Source of the DNA: Sedimentisphaerales bacterium
GTDB lineage: Bacteria > Planctomycetota > Phycisphaerae > Sedimentisphaerales > SM23-30
DNA length: 64,000 bases
Assembly (NCBI GenBank): GCA_963663805.2
Contig: CAXXMR010000002.1
Span: forward strand, 111,949 to 175,948
Direction: 5' to 3'
Of the stretch, positions 9,239-18,896 are shown piece after piece. Both the position numbers and the translations under genes were made by a program. The notes under the pieces are model-generated. The model searched no databases and was not told the DNA's origin. It saw nothing but the letters and a program-made list of their open reading frames with translations. Position 1 is the stretch's first letter, and every line of letters begins with the position of its first letter.

Positions 9239-9558
9239 AAAGCCAGACCATATTTCCTGACATTCATAACCAGAGGGGATTCTCCCAGTGGCCCATCTTT
9301 TAGTTCCGAAGTGCTGTAGCACGCTACGGAAAAAACTCTGCCATACTTCAGCTCTGCTTGGAAGCAAAGGGAGATGATTTCCTTTTCAATTTCCCAGTTT
9401 ACTTCAGGCAGAACCACAAAAATGTCAATGTCAGAATATTCATCCATTTCATCCCGTGCCGCCGAGCCATACAGAATAACTTCAGCGGCGTGAAAGCGTT
9501 GATATAACGACTTCGACAAGTCGGCCAACCCCTGCTTTTCTTCACTGGTAAGATTCAT
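9235..9558 (-). CDS. minimal nucleotidyltransferase (MNT antitoxin-like)
   Basis: ILYGSAARDEMDEYSDIDIFVV = GS-x10-DxD. Confidence 0.9.
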   Translation of the reverse strand: MNLTSEEKQGLADLSKSLYQRFHAAEVILYGSAARDEMDEYSDIDIFVVLPEVNWEIEKEIISLCFQAELKYGRVFSVACYSTSELKDGPLGESPLVMNVRKYGLAL

Positions 9559-9565
9559 GTCTAAC

Positions 9566-10879
9566 CTACGCCACTCCCTCTGGCCTGCCAATGCAATGAT
9601 ACTCAATCCCCTGCTTCTTAACATAAGCCGGACTATAAAGATTACGCCCATCAAAAATCACCGGCCGCTTCAGCCGTTTGACAATCTGCTCAAAATCAGG
9701 ACTGCGGAACTCCTGCCATTCCGTAAATATCATCAGGCCATCCGCGCCGTCCAGAGCTTCGTAACTTTCCGGGAAAGTTTCTATCTTGCCCGCCAGTTCC
9801 GCCGAAGCGTTAGCCATCGCTTCGGGGTCATAAGCCCGAACCTTTATGCCCGACGCCAGAAACTTCTCGATGCACCGCAACGCCGGCGACTCCCGCACAT
9901 CATCCGTCCGCGCCTTAAACGCCAGACCCCACACCGCTAAAACCACTTCTTCCGATTTGCCCGCGTAATAATCCAGCACCCGCTGAGCGAATCTATCCTG
10001 CTGAGTCAGGTTGGCCTGCTGCACCGAACGAACTATAGTCATATCAATCTGCGTCTGCTCCCCCATATAAATCAACGCCCGCACATCCTTCGGGAAACAA
10101 CTGCCCCCGTACCCCACGCTCGGAAACAAAAACGAATTACCAATCCGCGAATCACTGCCCATGCCGACCCGAACCTTGTCCACGTCCGCGCCGTAAGCGT
10201 CGCACAATTGCGAAATTTCGTTCATAAACGAAATCCGCGTCGCCAGCATCGAGTTCGCCGCATACTTAGCCATCTCCGCCGAAGCCGGGTCCATAAACAA
10301 AATACGACTGCCCTTCATCATAAAGGGAGCGTATATCTGCTTCATGATCTCCATGACCGCCGGATTGGTCGTCCCTATAATTACCCGGTCCGGCTTCATG
10401 AAATCTTCCACCGCCGAACCTTCTTTCAGGAATTCCGGGTTGCTCACATAATCAAACGGATGCGAAGTTTTCGACAGCACCAAATCCGAAACTTTACGAT
10501 GTGTCCCCACCGGCACTGTGCTTTTGGTAACCAGAATGCGATACCCGTCCATCAACTCCGCTACATCGCCCGCGACTTTCAGAATCGCCGATATATCTGC
10601 CGAACCATCCGCCGCCGAAGGGGTACCTACCGCCAGAAATACCAGCAACGAATTATCCACGCCTTCTTGCAGGTCCGTAGTGAAAATCAGCCGGCCCGCC
10701 TTGTGATTATGCTTGACTATCTCGGTAAGACCGGGCTCGTAAATAGGTATCACCCCATTTTTCAAACCCTCGATCTTCTTCTCGTCCAGGTCCACGCAGT
10801 AAACATGATTGCCGCCCTCGGCAAAACAAGCCGCCGCTACCAAACCAACATAACCAACACCAACAACCGCTATCTTCAT
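9566..10879 (-). CDS. ugd: UDP-glucose 6-dehydrogenase
   Basis: GVGYVGL, PIYEPGL, SNPEFLKEG, GYGGSCFPKD, FDGRN. Confidence 0.95.
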   Translation of the reverse strand: MKIAVVGVGYVGLVAAACFAEGGNHVYCVDLDEKKIEGLKNGVIPIYEPGLTEIVKHNHKAGRLIFTTDLQEGVDNSLLVFLAVGTPSAADGSADISAILKVAGDVAELMDGYRILVTKSTVPVGTHRKVSDLVLSKTSHPFDYVSNPEFLKEGSAVEDFMKPDRVIIGTTNPAVMEIMKQIYAPFMMKGSRILFMDPASAEMAKYAANSMLATRISFMNEISQLCDAYGADVDKVRVGMGSDSRIGNSFLFPSVGYGGSCFPKDVRALIYMGEQTQIDMTIVRSVQQANLTQQDRFAQRVLDYYAGKSEEVVLAVWGLAFKARTDDVRESPALRCIEKFLASGIKVRAYDPEAMANASAELAGKIETFPESYEALDGADGLMIFTEWQEFRSPDFEQIVKRLKRPVIFDGRNLYSPAYVKKQGIEYHCIGRPEGVA

Positions 10880-10910
10880 AATCAAATTCTGTCGTTAATA
10901 ATAAATTATT

Positions 10911-10965
10911 CTCGCCGAAGGCGAAACCAAGCCGTTCACTCTTGCCTAATGCCTCTTGCCTTCCT
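10911..10965 (+). repeat. family D: short triloop hairpin + GCCGTTCACT + 7-bp units (CTTGCCT/CATCCCT); also about 12383, 13578, 20198, 24040, 50739, 62699(-)
   Basis: Visual alignment; most copies abut gene 3' ends. Confidence 0.8.
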
Positions 10966-10968
10966 CAA

Positions 10969-12306
10969 TCAAGCCTTAAATATCTTCTTGCGACCAACCT
11001 TAACATCCGCCGTGGCGTTACGCGTATCAATCACCAGCTTCGAGTTCTGTACAATCCACTTGTAATCATAATCACTGTGGTCCGTCGCGATAACCACCAC
11101 ATCATACTTCTTCAAACCCGCCGCTGTCAGCTTCACGCTCTTCATCTTCAAATCATATTCACGCTGCTTATGCGTCTGCGGAATATAAGGATCATTATAA
11201 TCAACCTTCGCGCCCTTATTCCTGAACAACTCGATCAGCTCCAGAGAAGGCGACTCCCGCACGTCATCAATATCTTTCTTGTACGCCAGCCCCAGAATCA
11301 AAACCTTGGAACCATTAATACTCTTCTTGCTCTCGTTCAACGCTTCCATCGTCCGGCTCACCACATAATGCGGCATATCCGTATTGATCTCACCCGCCAA
11401 TTCGATAAAGCGGGTCGGCATCCCAAACTGACGAGCCTTCCACGTCAGGTAGAACGGGTCGATAGGAATGCAGTGACCGCCCAGACCCGGCCCCGGATAA
11501 AAAGGCTGAAAACCAAATGGCTTGCTCGACGCCCCTTTAACTACTTCCCACACATCGATACCCATCCGGTCGAAAAGCATCTTTAGCTCATTTACCATCG
11601 CGATATTAACACAACGATAAACGTTTTCGACAATCTTAACCGCCTCAGCAGTTTCGCAACTGTCCACCGGGATAATCGTCTCAATCGCGTATTTATAAAT
11701 ATCCAACGCGACCTGCAAAGCCTTCTCATCATAACCGCCCACAACCTTGGGAATCGTACGCGTATTATAGAACTTATTGCCCGGATCCTCACGTTCCGGC
11801 GAATAAGCCAGATGAAAATCCTTGCCCGCTTTCAAGCCCGAACCCGCCTCCAGAATCGGCAACATCAGCTCACGAGTCGTACCCGGATAAGTAGTACTCT
11901 CCAGCACAATCAACTGCCCTTTACGCATATTTTTCGAAATCGTCTTACACGTTTCTTCTACGTAGAACATGTCCGGCTCGCGATTAGCCGTCAAAGGCGT
12001 CGGCACGCAAATCAGCAAAGCGTCAGGCTTTCGCATCTGCTTCATATCAGTAGTGCCCTGATAGCGACCCGATTTGACCATGTTTTTGATATGCTCATGA
12101 GGAATATGTTTCAGCGGGCTTTTGCCGCTGTTGATACGCTTGACCGCGCTCTCGTTGACATCAAAACCCAGAACCTCAGCCCCGCCCGCCACAAATTCCC
12201 GCGCCAGAGGCAGACCGACATAACCCAGCCCCACAATACCTACCAGCGGAACTTTACCAGCCGCGGCCACCCCGCACTTTCTCTTACTCATCTTATTCCC
12301 TTTCAT
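10969..12306 (-). CDS. UDP-N-acetylhexosamine dehydrogenase (WbpA/WecC-like)
   Basis: GLGYVGLPLA, ESTTYPGTT, SPEREDPG, GGHCIPIDP, RESPS. Confidence 0.9.
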   Translation of the reverse strand: MKGNKMSKRKCGVAAAGKVPLVGIVGLGYVGLPLAREFVAGGAEVLGFDVNESAVKRINSGKSPLKHIPHEHIKNMVKSGRYQGTTDMKQMRKPDALLICVPTPLTANREPDMFYVEETCKTISKNMRKGQLIVLESTTYPGTTRELMLPILEAGSGLKAGKDFHLAYSPEREDPGNKFYNTRTIPKVVGGYDEKALQVALDIYKYAIETIIPVDSCETAEAVKIVENVYRCVNIAMVNELKMLFDRMGIDVWEVVKGASSKPFGFQPFYPGPGLGGHCIPIDPFYLTWKARQFGMPTRFIELAGEINTDMPHYVVSRTMEALNESKKSINGSKVLILGLAYKKDIDDVRESPSLELIELFRNKGAKVDYNDPYIPQTHKQREYDLKMKSVKLTAAGLKKYDVVVIATDHSDYDYKWIVQNSKLVIDTRNATADVKVGRKKIFKA

Positions 12307-12424
12307 AAATTAGTCAAAAACATGATTCCCCCACCAATCAACATCTGTTACTCTATTTAACCACACAACCAACAGAAACCCCGCCGTTCACTCTTGCCTC
12401 ATCCCTCACGTCTTCTTCCCTCCA

Positions 12425-12450
12425 TCAGAGCCGCGCACGTTAGTAAGCGG
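12425..12450 (+). repeat. REP-like family A, TCAGAGCCGCGCACGT(T/C/A)AGTAAGCGG; also 20156, 24010, 32193 (+) and 62787-62812 (-)
   Basis: Five 26-bp copies differing only at one loop position; CCGC/GCGG stem. Confidence 0.9.
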
Positions 12451-12504
12451 TTGCCGTTCGCCGTTAAAAAAAAATCCTGTAATCCTGTCCCAAAATATTA
12501 GTCG

Positions 12505-13443
12505 TTAATTCGCTACTGCCCGTATCAGCGAAACATAATCTCCCAAATCAACAACCCCATCCCAAGGCTCAAAATCCGCCCCCTCACAATAATTGTTCCC
12601 CGGCCCACAGTCACTTTGCAGCCAGCCTTCCGCTAGTTTCAAAAGGTCAAAAATATCAACCACACAGTCTTCATTCAAATCACCCGCCCGATAATCACAG
12701 CCGCTGTTCGCTTCAATAACCTCGTTTATCCATTTAGCGTATGAACTAACCCGAATTGCGTAATTGTTTTCACCGAACCGGCTTTCATCCAGACGGTCAA
12801 CACCCTGATTCAATCCCATTACCCGCCATATCCCACCAATATTAATAAACCATCCGCCCCCCGAATCATGGTCCGCCAGCACGCCCTCGTATTCCGTCGC
12901 AGAATATGCCCCCAAAATATCAAAGTCCGCCACCAGGCAGCCACTCGAAGCTATGTCAACTTTGTTCGTGCACCATCTCTCAAACATACTGCCGGAATTC
13001 CCCCAGGTATATCCAATAAGATTGTTTGAGTTATCGAGCAGTTCTTCACCTCGACCCACACCCCAGCCGCCTATCACCACAGTTTTACCAACCTCATTAT
13101 AATTCGTGAATAAGGGTACAAATCCCGGCAAGTTCGCATGCCCCAGTTTCGCCACCCGAATATCCTCACCGTTTGGCTCGCACCATTGTTCGACAACCGT
13201 GTAACCCACACCCTCGATTTTAACGATTGTGCCCACGCCCCCGCCTTGATGAGTTGTAGTTATCACCAGATTACGACCAATTACCACACATGATGCGTTG
13301 CTGCCCCATTTGCCTAATGCCGAACTGGCAGGACGCTCCGACCAGTCTGCCCCCGGCTCGCCCGCCGGATGCAATATCAAACCCCACGCCGGCACAACTA
13401 CCAAAAGCCACGCACACAAAAACAAACATACAGCCTTGTACAT
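12505..13443 (-). CDS. secreted trypsin-like serine protease with C-terminal dockerin/EF-hand-like domain
   Basis: Signal peptide; ITTTH / DIRVAKL / HDSGGG triad; GDLNEDCVVDIFDL and ADFEPWDGVVDLGD. Confidence 0.75.
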   Translation of the reverse strand: MYKAVCLFLCAWLLVVVPAWGLILHPAGEPGADWSERPASSALGKWGSNASCVVIGRNLVITTTHQGGGVGTIVKIEGVGYTVVEQWCEPNGEDIRVAKLGHANLPGFVPLFTNYNEVGKTVVIGGWGVGRGEELLDNSNNLIGYTWGNSGSMFERWCTNKVDIASSGCLVADFDILGAYSATEYEGVLADHDSGGGWFINIGGIWRVMGLNQGVDRLDESRFGENNYAIRVSSYAKWINEVIEANSGCDYRAGDLNEDCVVDIFDLLKLAEGWLQSDCGPGNNYCEGADFEPWDGVVDLGDYVSLIRAVAN

Positions 13444-13640
13444 CTTCCTCGACCGTTCTCATCCCCACCAGAACTTCCGCAGAACACCAGCCTCCTCAAA
13501 CCAGCACCCTGCCGCTTACAACTTCTTACACACTAATTCATATAAATCTCAAATTCCTCAAAATTAAAATAAAAACCCTCGACCAAAGGTCGAACCTCGC
13601 CGTTTCCCTCTTGCCTCATCCCTCATCCCTCTTGCCTTCT

Positions 13641-14600
13641 TCAAATAGGCATCTTAACCGGCGGAGCATGACACTCAGCCAAAGGCCGGAAATATTCCAC
13701 CACCCGCATCATGCCATCCTCAATACTAACCGTAGGCCGCCACCCCAGCTTCTCCGCCGCCAGGTCAATTACCGGCTTGCGCCGGGTCGGATCATTTTTA
13801 GGTAGTGGCTTATAAATAATCTCCGAAGAAGAATCTGTCATCTCGATTATCATCTCCGCCACTTCTTTAATTGTTCGTTCATCCGGATTCCCCAGGTTTA
13901 CCGGCCCCGTGAAATCATCCTGTCCCATCAGCCGAATCAAACCATCTACCAAATCGTCTACATAGCAGAACGACCGCGTCTGCGAACCATCACCAAAAAT
14001 CGTAATCGGCTCACCCCGCAAAGCCTGCAAGATGAAATTACTTACTACCCGCCCATCATCGGTCGCCATCCGCGGCCCGTAGGTATTGAATATCCGGGCG
14101 ATGCGAATATCCACACCGTTTTCCCGGTAATAATCGACCATCAGAGTTTCCGCCACCCGCTTGCCCTCGTCATAGCAGCTCCGCGGCCCGATCGTATTGA
14201 CATTACCCCAATATCCCTCCGGCTGAGGGTGTATCTCCGGGTCGCCGTATATCTCCGAGGTCGAAGCCTGCAATACCCGGGCCTTAACCTCTTTTGCCAA
14301 CTCCAAAGCGTGAATTACACCCATAACCGAAGTCAGCACCGTCTTGACCGGACTCCGCTGATAATGAATCGGCGATGCCGGGCAAGCCAGGTTATAGATA
14401 TAATCAACTTCAACCCGGTAAGGGTCTGTCACATCATGACGCAATATCTCCAGATAATCATGGTGCATCAGGTGACGGATATTGTCCTTGCTGCCCGTAT
14501 GAAAATTATCCAGAATTATAACCGAATGACCTTCTTTAAGTAGGCGTTCGGTCAGATGACTGCCGATAAAACCCGCACCACCTGTTATCAGTATTTTCAT
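13641..14600 (-). CDS. uxs: UDP-glucuronate decarboxylase (UDP-xylose synthase)
   Basis: [35 protein letters not shown]. Confidence 0.93.
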   Translation of the reverse strand: MKILITGGAGFIGSHLTERLLKEGHSVIILDNFHTGSKDNIRHLMHHDYLEILRHDVTDPYRVEVDYIYNLACPASPIHYQRSPVKTVLTSVMGVIHALELAKEVKARVLQASTSEIYGDPEIHPQPEGYWGNVNTIGPRSCYDEGKRVAETLMVDYYRENGVDIRIARIFNTYGPRMATDDGRVVSNFILQALRGEPITIFGDGSQTRSFCYVDDLVDGLIRLMGQDDFTGPVNLGNPDERTIKEVAEMIIEMTDSSSEIIYKPLPKNDPTRRKPVIDLAAEKLGWRPTVSIEDGMMRVVEYFRPLAECHAPPVKMPI

Positions 14601-14765
14601 GCAAATCCTTATTGTTGGTACGACCCGAATAAACAGATTCCGATTATAGCTAATCGCCCCCCAAAAACCAAAGCAACTTTATCCTCCTAAACAATATTTT
14701 CGATGACCAAAACTGGAAAAAACGCTCAAAAAAGACAAAAAACAGGCTTTTTTTGAAAAAAAACC

Positions 14766-16214
14766 CAATCCTGTTCGGCACATTTATTGCTTTAGGCTTT
14801 TGGCCTCCTGTATTTTTTTTAAAAAAAACCCGAAATGTTAAGATAGGTAATTTGCGCTCGAGGGATATTTATGCTCTAATAGGAGGCATGAGTGCTAAGC
14901 GTCAGAAAATCAAGGAGCGGGACCTGCGTGGGTTCAAGTATTTCAAGTCCCTCTCGGCTCTGCTGAAAGGTCTTCACTCGGCGGGATGTGAGCGGGACCG
15001 GGCCGGCAATCGCACATTATTCATGGACCAGTATGTCAGTCTGCTGCTGTTATACATGTTCAATCCGATCTGCAGTTCCATCCGGTCTTTGCAGCAGGCC
15101 GGCGAGCTCAAAAAGGTACAGCGGCTGTTGGGTTGTTCGCGTGCTTCGCTGGGTTCGCTTTCGGAAGCATCCCGGGTTTTTGAGAGTTCTTTGTTAGAGC
15201 CGATAATCGCTCAACTCACTGAGCAGTTAGGGCCGATATCTCAGGACAAAAAACTGGAAGTCGGTCAGGTCATTACCCTGGTGGACGGCAGCAGTATTCA
15301 GGCTTTGCAAAAACTCACTCAGGCTGCCTGGGACACCGACAAACCCGGAATTAAAGCACACACTCAGTTTGATCTGGAAAAATATGTGCCTCTGAAAATA
15401 AATATCAGTGAAGACAAGTCTGATGAGCGAAAGGTTTTTTTAGAGAATCTTCAGCCCGGCCGGATTTATGTCAATGATCGCGGATATGCCTGTTTTAAGC
15501 TGTTTCAGGCCATTGTGGATAGTAAAAGCTCTTTTGTCTGTCGGCTGCGTGAGGATACGGTTTACGAAACTATTCAGGAAAAACCTTTAACTGAAGATGC
15601 TCGAAAAGCGGGGATAATTTTTGATCGTACGGTAATCGCCGGCAGCAGTGAAAAACTGCGGGAAGATTTCAAACAACCGTTACGCCTGATAGCGGTTGAA
15701 TGTCAACCGCATTTGAAACGGGGCCAGGGACCACGTCAGAGTGAGATGATTTTGATTGCCACCGACCGGCTGGACCTGGACGCCGAAGTCATTGCCCTGC
15801 TCTATCAGAAACGCTGGGCCATCGAAATATTTTTCCGCTTTTTTAAGCATGTGCTGGGCTGCCGACATCTGCTAAGCCTCTGCGAAAACGGTATCGAACT
15901 GCAGATGTACGCCGCGATTATCGCCTGTATGCTGATCAGCCTGTGGACGGGCAAAAAACCAACTTTAAGAACCTACGAAATGCTCTGCTGGCACCTCTGC
16001 GGCATGGCCGACGAGCAAGAAATGCAGAACCATATCAATAAACTCCAAAGCCAAAACTAAGGCCGATCCTCAAAAAAATCGCCGCTGCCGCTGATGCTGC
16101 GCCAAAATAACCAGTGCCGACAGTCCCACTGAGGGATAATCCCCGCTAAATCATATGAACTGCAAAGACCACAGAAAAACTGTATTTGAGCAATAAATGT
16201 GCCGAACAGGATTG
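14766..16214 (+). mobile_element. intact IS4-family insertion sequence (1449 bp)
   Basis: Perfect 26-bp terminal IR CAATCCTGTTCGGCACATTTATTGCT (14766-14791 / 16189-16214); 9-bp TSD AAAAAAACC (14757-14765 / 16215-16223). Confidence 0.95.
14888..16060 (+). CDS. IS4-family DDE transposase
   Basis: LVDGS, DRGY, YQKRWAIEIFFRFFK (YREK motif); AGGAGG directly before ATG. Confidence 0.93.
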   Translation: MSAKRQKIKERDLRGFKYFKSLSALLKGLHSAGCERDRAGNRTLFMDQYVSLLLLYMFNPICSSIRSLQQAGELKKVQRLLGCSRASLGSLSEASRVFESSLLEPIIAQLTEQLGPISQDKKLEVGQVITLVDGSSIQALQKLTQAAWDTDKPGIKAHTQFDLEKYVPLKINISEDKSDERKVFLENLQPGRIYVNDRGYACFKLFQAIVDSKSSFVCRLREDTVYETIQEKPLTEDARKAGIIFDRTVIAGSSEKLREDFKQPLRLIAVECQPHLKRGQGPRQSEMILIATDRLDLDAEVIALLYQKRWAIEIFFRFFKHVLGCRHLLSLCENGIELQMYAAIIACMLISLWTGKKPTLRTYEMLCWHLCGMADEQEMQNHINKLQSQN

Positions 16215-16393
16215 AAAAAAACCTTCAAAAATCAATAAAAATCGGTACTTTCAGGCTCAAATGCGCTGACTTTTCGACCTTATTTCCCCTGCCTGAACTA
16301 CTAACTCCAGGCGCACTCCGTCCCCGTCAGCGACCAGCCTATTTTGATATAACTTTATTTTTAGCAAGCCTTTACATTAAAAATGATAGACTG

Positions 16394-16939
16394 CTATATC
16401 TCTTCTAACAAATCAGCGTCGATCTCCACCGCCGCCGACTGACCCAACATCTCAACTTCCAGTAAAATACGTGTTATCTTGTTACGCCGCAATACTTTAC
16501 CTTCAGAACCCATCAGGCTGCCGCTGCGGACCCGACACCGTTTCCCAACCTTCAGCCCCGGATGAGCATCAACCGAAAGACCAGAGCTAAGTGCCTGATG
16601 TATCTGTTTTAGCTGGGACTTAAGTCCTGCCTGGTCAGTAACTTCCAAAACTTGAGCAATGCGATTTGTCCGCAACGCCCGATAACGACCATCCTCATCA
16701 CCACAAAAAAACAAATAACCACCAAAAAGAGGTACTTGCGAACGCAATACCCGCCCCCCCCGCCGAGAAACTTTCTCCACCAGAGGCAAAAAATATCCAA
16801 TTTCATACCTCAGTAAATCCCACGCCAGGGCTTTTTCGTTGCGCGACTTCGTCCGGGCCACCCACCATTGGCCCGGTAAATCATCCAGTTCTACTCCCTC
16901 CGGGTACAACAGGGGCGGATTTTCAGATGTTTTCAGCAT
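16394..16939 (-). CDS. NusG paralog antiterminator (UpxY/RfaH/LoaP-like)
   Basis: NGN domain WWVARTKSRNEK...PLFGGYLF; KOW domain VGKRCRVRSGSLMGSEG; first gene of the polysaccharide operon. Confidence 0.88.
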   Translation of the reverse strand: MLKTSENPPLLYPEGVELDDLPGQWWVARTKSRNEKALAWDLLRYEIGYFLPLVEKVSRRGGRVLRSQVPLFGGYLFFCGDEDGRYRALRTNRIAQVLEVTDQAGLKSQLKQIHQALSSGLSVDAHPGLKVGKRCRVRSGSLMGSEGKVLRRNKITRILLEVEMLGQSAAVEIDADLLEEI

Positions 16940-17163
16940 TAAAAACTACTATATCTCATCAGGTGCCAGCCGAACTCCTGCGTCGGCCAATTATCATAAC
17001 TCTCTGTGTTACAATATTATCGGCAATTGTTCGCCTAATATTAAGAGATGATGAACAACCTGGATGTAAATCGACAATCGAGTAGTCTAACCGCCCCGAA
17101 GGTTTAATGCAACAGACCGGAATTTTATGGCACCATGGCAAGTGCTATGGATATTAGGGGGGA

Positions 17164-18888
17164 TTACCTGCGAGGGGCCGCTCTTTTGACTTCATAAAAA
17201 ATGGGCCGACCTTCAAAGGAGGGGGGATTGGCGATTATACAACAGTGGTGCTCTATGAATCTGTCGTTGGCAATACAGATTACCCGGCTGGAAGCAGGGG
17301 TTTTGGGTACAACCCAGACATCAAAATCTTTGCCTTCGACAAGTTCAATGTTATAGCCGCGATTTTTATAATAGCGAATTGGTCGCCAGCCATGTTTGGT
17401 ATATTCAGTTAATTTTATTTTCCAGACTTTTTTCGAGTCGATATCGTGAAGGATTCTCACTAAAGGGCCCATTGAGCTTTCGATGGCCCAGCCGTGGGGG
17501 TGAACCTGGACCGCGTTACCTGACGGCCAATTACGAAAACAAAAAAATACTGTCACTGACAAACAGACCAAAACCAAAATATAACGAATTGCCGGTAGAA
17601 CACGAATAGTACTAATAGTTTTATCCATGATTATGACTGCTGCCGGCAGGATTAACGCCAGTAAAAATACCCCGTTCCGCGGCATCCCCAGCGAAACATC
17701 CATAATCACCCGTTGAAACCACATTATTATCAGAGTCGCAATACTTAGTAATACCACCTGAAAACCAGGCTTACAAAGAAGACTATAAAAATTCAGACCT
17801 TTCCTGAGTTTTATAATAGCCCGAACAGCGCAGATAATCACGCATATCAGCAACAACGCCAGAGCTGCTTTGTAGATATGATTGTTAAATTCAAAACTGT
17901 GGTATTCCCGGAAGACCAAGGGCTGCCAGAGTACTTGCTTCATGTAAACGCCAAACGGCTCAGAAACTTTGAATACTTTACTCAAACGCCTGATTTCCGG
18001 TAGTGCCGGCCGGTAAAACAGATATAACGAAACAGCGGTCCCCAGCCCGATCGTGGCTAGACGGATATACGCTTTATGCAGCATATCCTTACCCTTGCCG
18101 CGTGAATCCAACAGCAGCCAAACCACAAAAAATATATTAATGCTCACCAATATCGGTAAACTTGAAAGCATGGCGCCCAGAGCCAGGAAATTCATCACGA
18201 TAAAAAAGAATACCACGCGCCATCGATAAACCTCGTTATCATTTTCCTTACGGCAAAGATGAATTAATGCCGTGATACCGGCAAAAGCCGCACCCAGACC
18301 GATAGCGTAACCACGCCCCAGATAACTAAGGTCCAGAATAAACCAGTTCATGAGTATCAGAAGAATTGCCGTGATTTGCAAAAGTCGGGACGATACAGTT
18401 TTTCTCAAAATTATCGCGACGGCCCCGCAAAATATAATCCCAAATATAACTGCCGGTATACGCAGAAAATGGTCATATCCCCCCAGGAGTTTTTCGGTAA
18501 GCACAATAAAAACCGAGTTCAGGACATGGTTGTTGGTATAATAATTCGTTATCGCTGTACGCAGATCCCGGCAATAATCCTCATAGGTCCAGACCTCGTC
18601 AAAAATAATCCCGGTGTTATGAGCTTTGTAAATACGAAATAAAACCGCAACGAGAAGACATCCCCAGAAAATATAATCCCAAACGGTGATTTTTAATGAT
18701 AGTGATTTAATGCTAAGCGGCTTGTGGTTAGTTGCCGGATTGTCAGTTTTTCCTATCACCCTTATATTCTCCAGTTTTGTTATCAGTAAGATTTTCTTTA
18801 TCAACGCCTTGAAGGAGGCATGATACCCTACCATAACACCGATAGCCACCCCAAATCCGATGATTGTCGCCCCCAGGACTTTGCCCAT
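17164..18888 (-). CDS. multi-TM GT-C/ArnT-like glycosyltransferase (start uncertain)
   Basis: FDEVWTY, NNHVLNS, LRIPAVIFG, GRGYAI; many TM segments. Confidence 0.65.
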   Translation of the reverse strand: MGKVLGATIIGFGVAIGVMVGYHASFKALIKKILLITKLENIRVIGKTDNPATNHKPLSIKSLSLKITVWDYIFWGCLLVAVLFRIYKAHNTGIIFDEVWTYEDYCRDLRTAITNYYTNNHVLNSVFIVLTEKLLGGYDHFLRIPAVIFGIIFCGAVAIILRKTVSSRLLQITAILLILMNWFILDLSYLGRGYAIGLGAAFAGITALIHLCRKENDNEVYRWRVVFFFIVMNFLALGAMLSSLPILVSINIFFVVWLLLDSRGKGKDMLHKAYIRLATIGLGTAVSLYLFYRPALPEIRRLSKVFKVSEPFGVYMKQVLWQPLVFREYHSFEFNNHIYKAALALLLICVIICAVRAIIKLRKGLNFYSLLCKPGFQVVLLSIATLIIMWFQRVIMDVSLGMPRNGVFLLALILPAAVIIMDKTISTIRVLPAIRYILVLVCLSVTVFFCFRNWPSGNAVQVHPHGWAIESSMGPLVRILHDIDSKKVWKIKLTEYTKHGWRPIRYYKNRGYNIELVEGKDFDVWVVPKTPASSRVICIANDRFIEHHCCIIANPPSFEGRPIFYEVKRAAPRR

Positions 18889-18896
18889 TCCCCCAA

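Noticed and set aside
14753..14887. N-terminal extension of the transposase in the ORF track
   Set aside because: It starts outside the left IR. The real start is ATG 14888 with AGGAGG.
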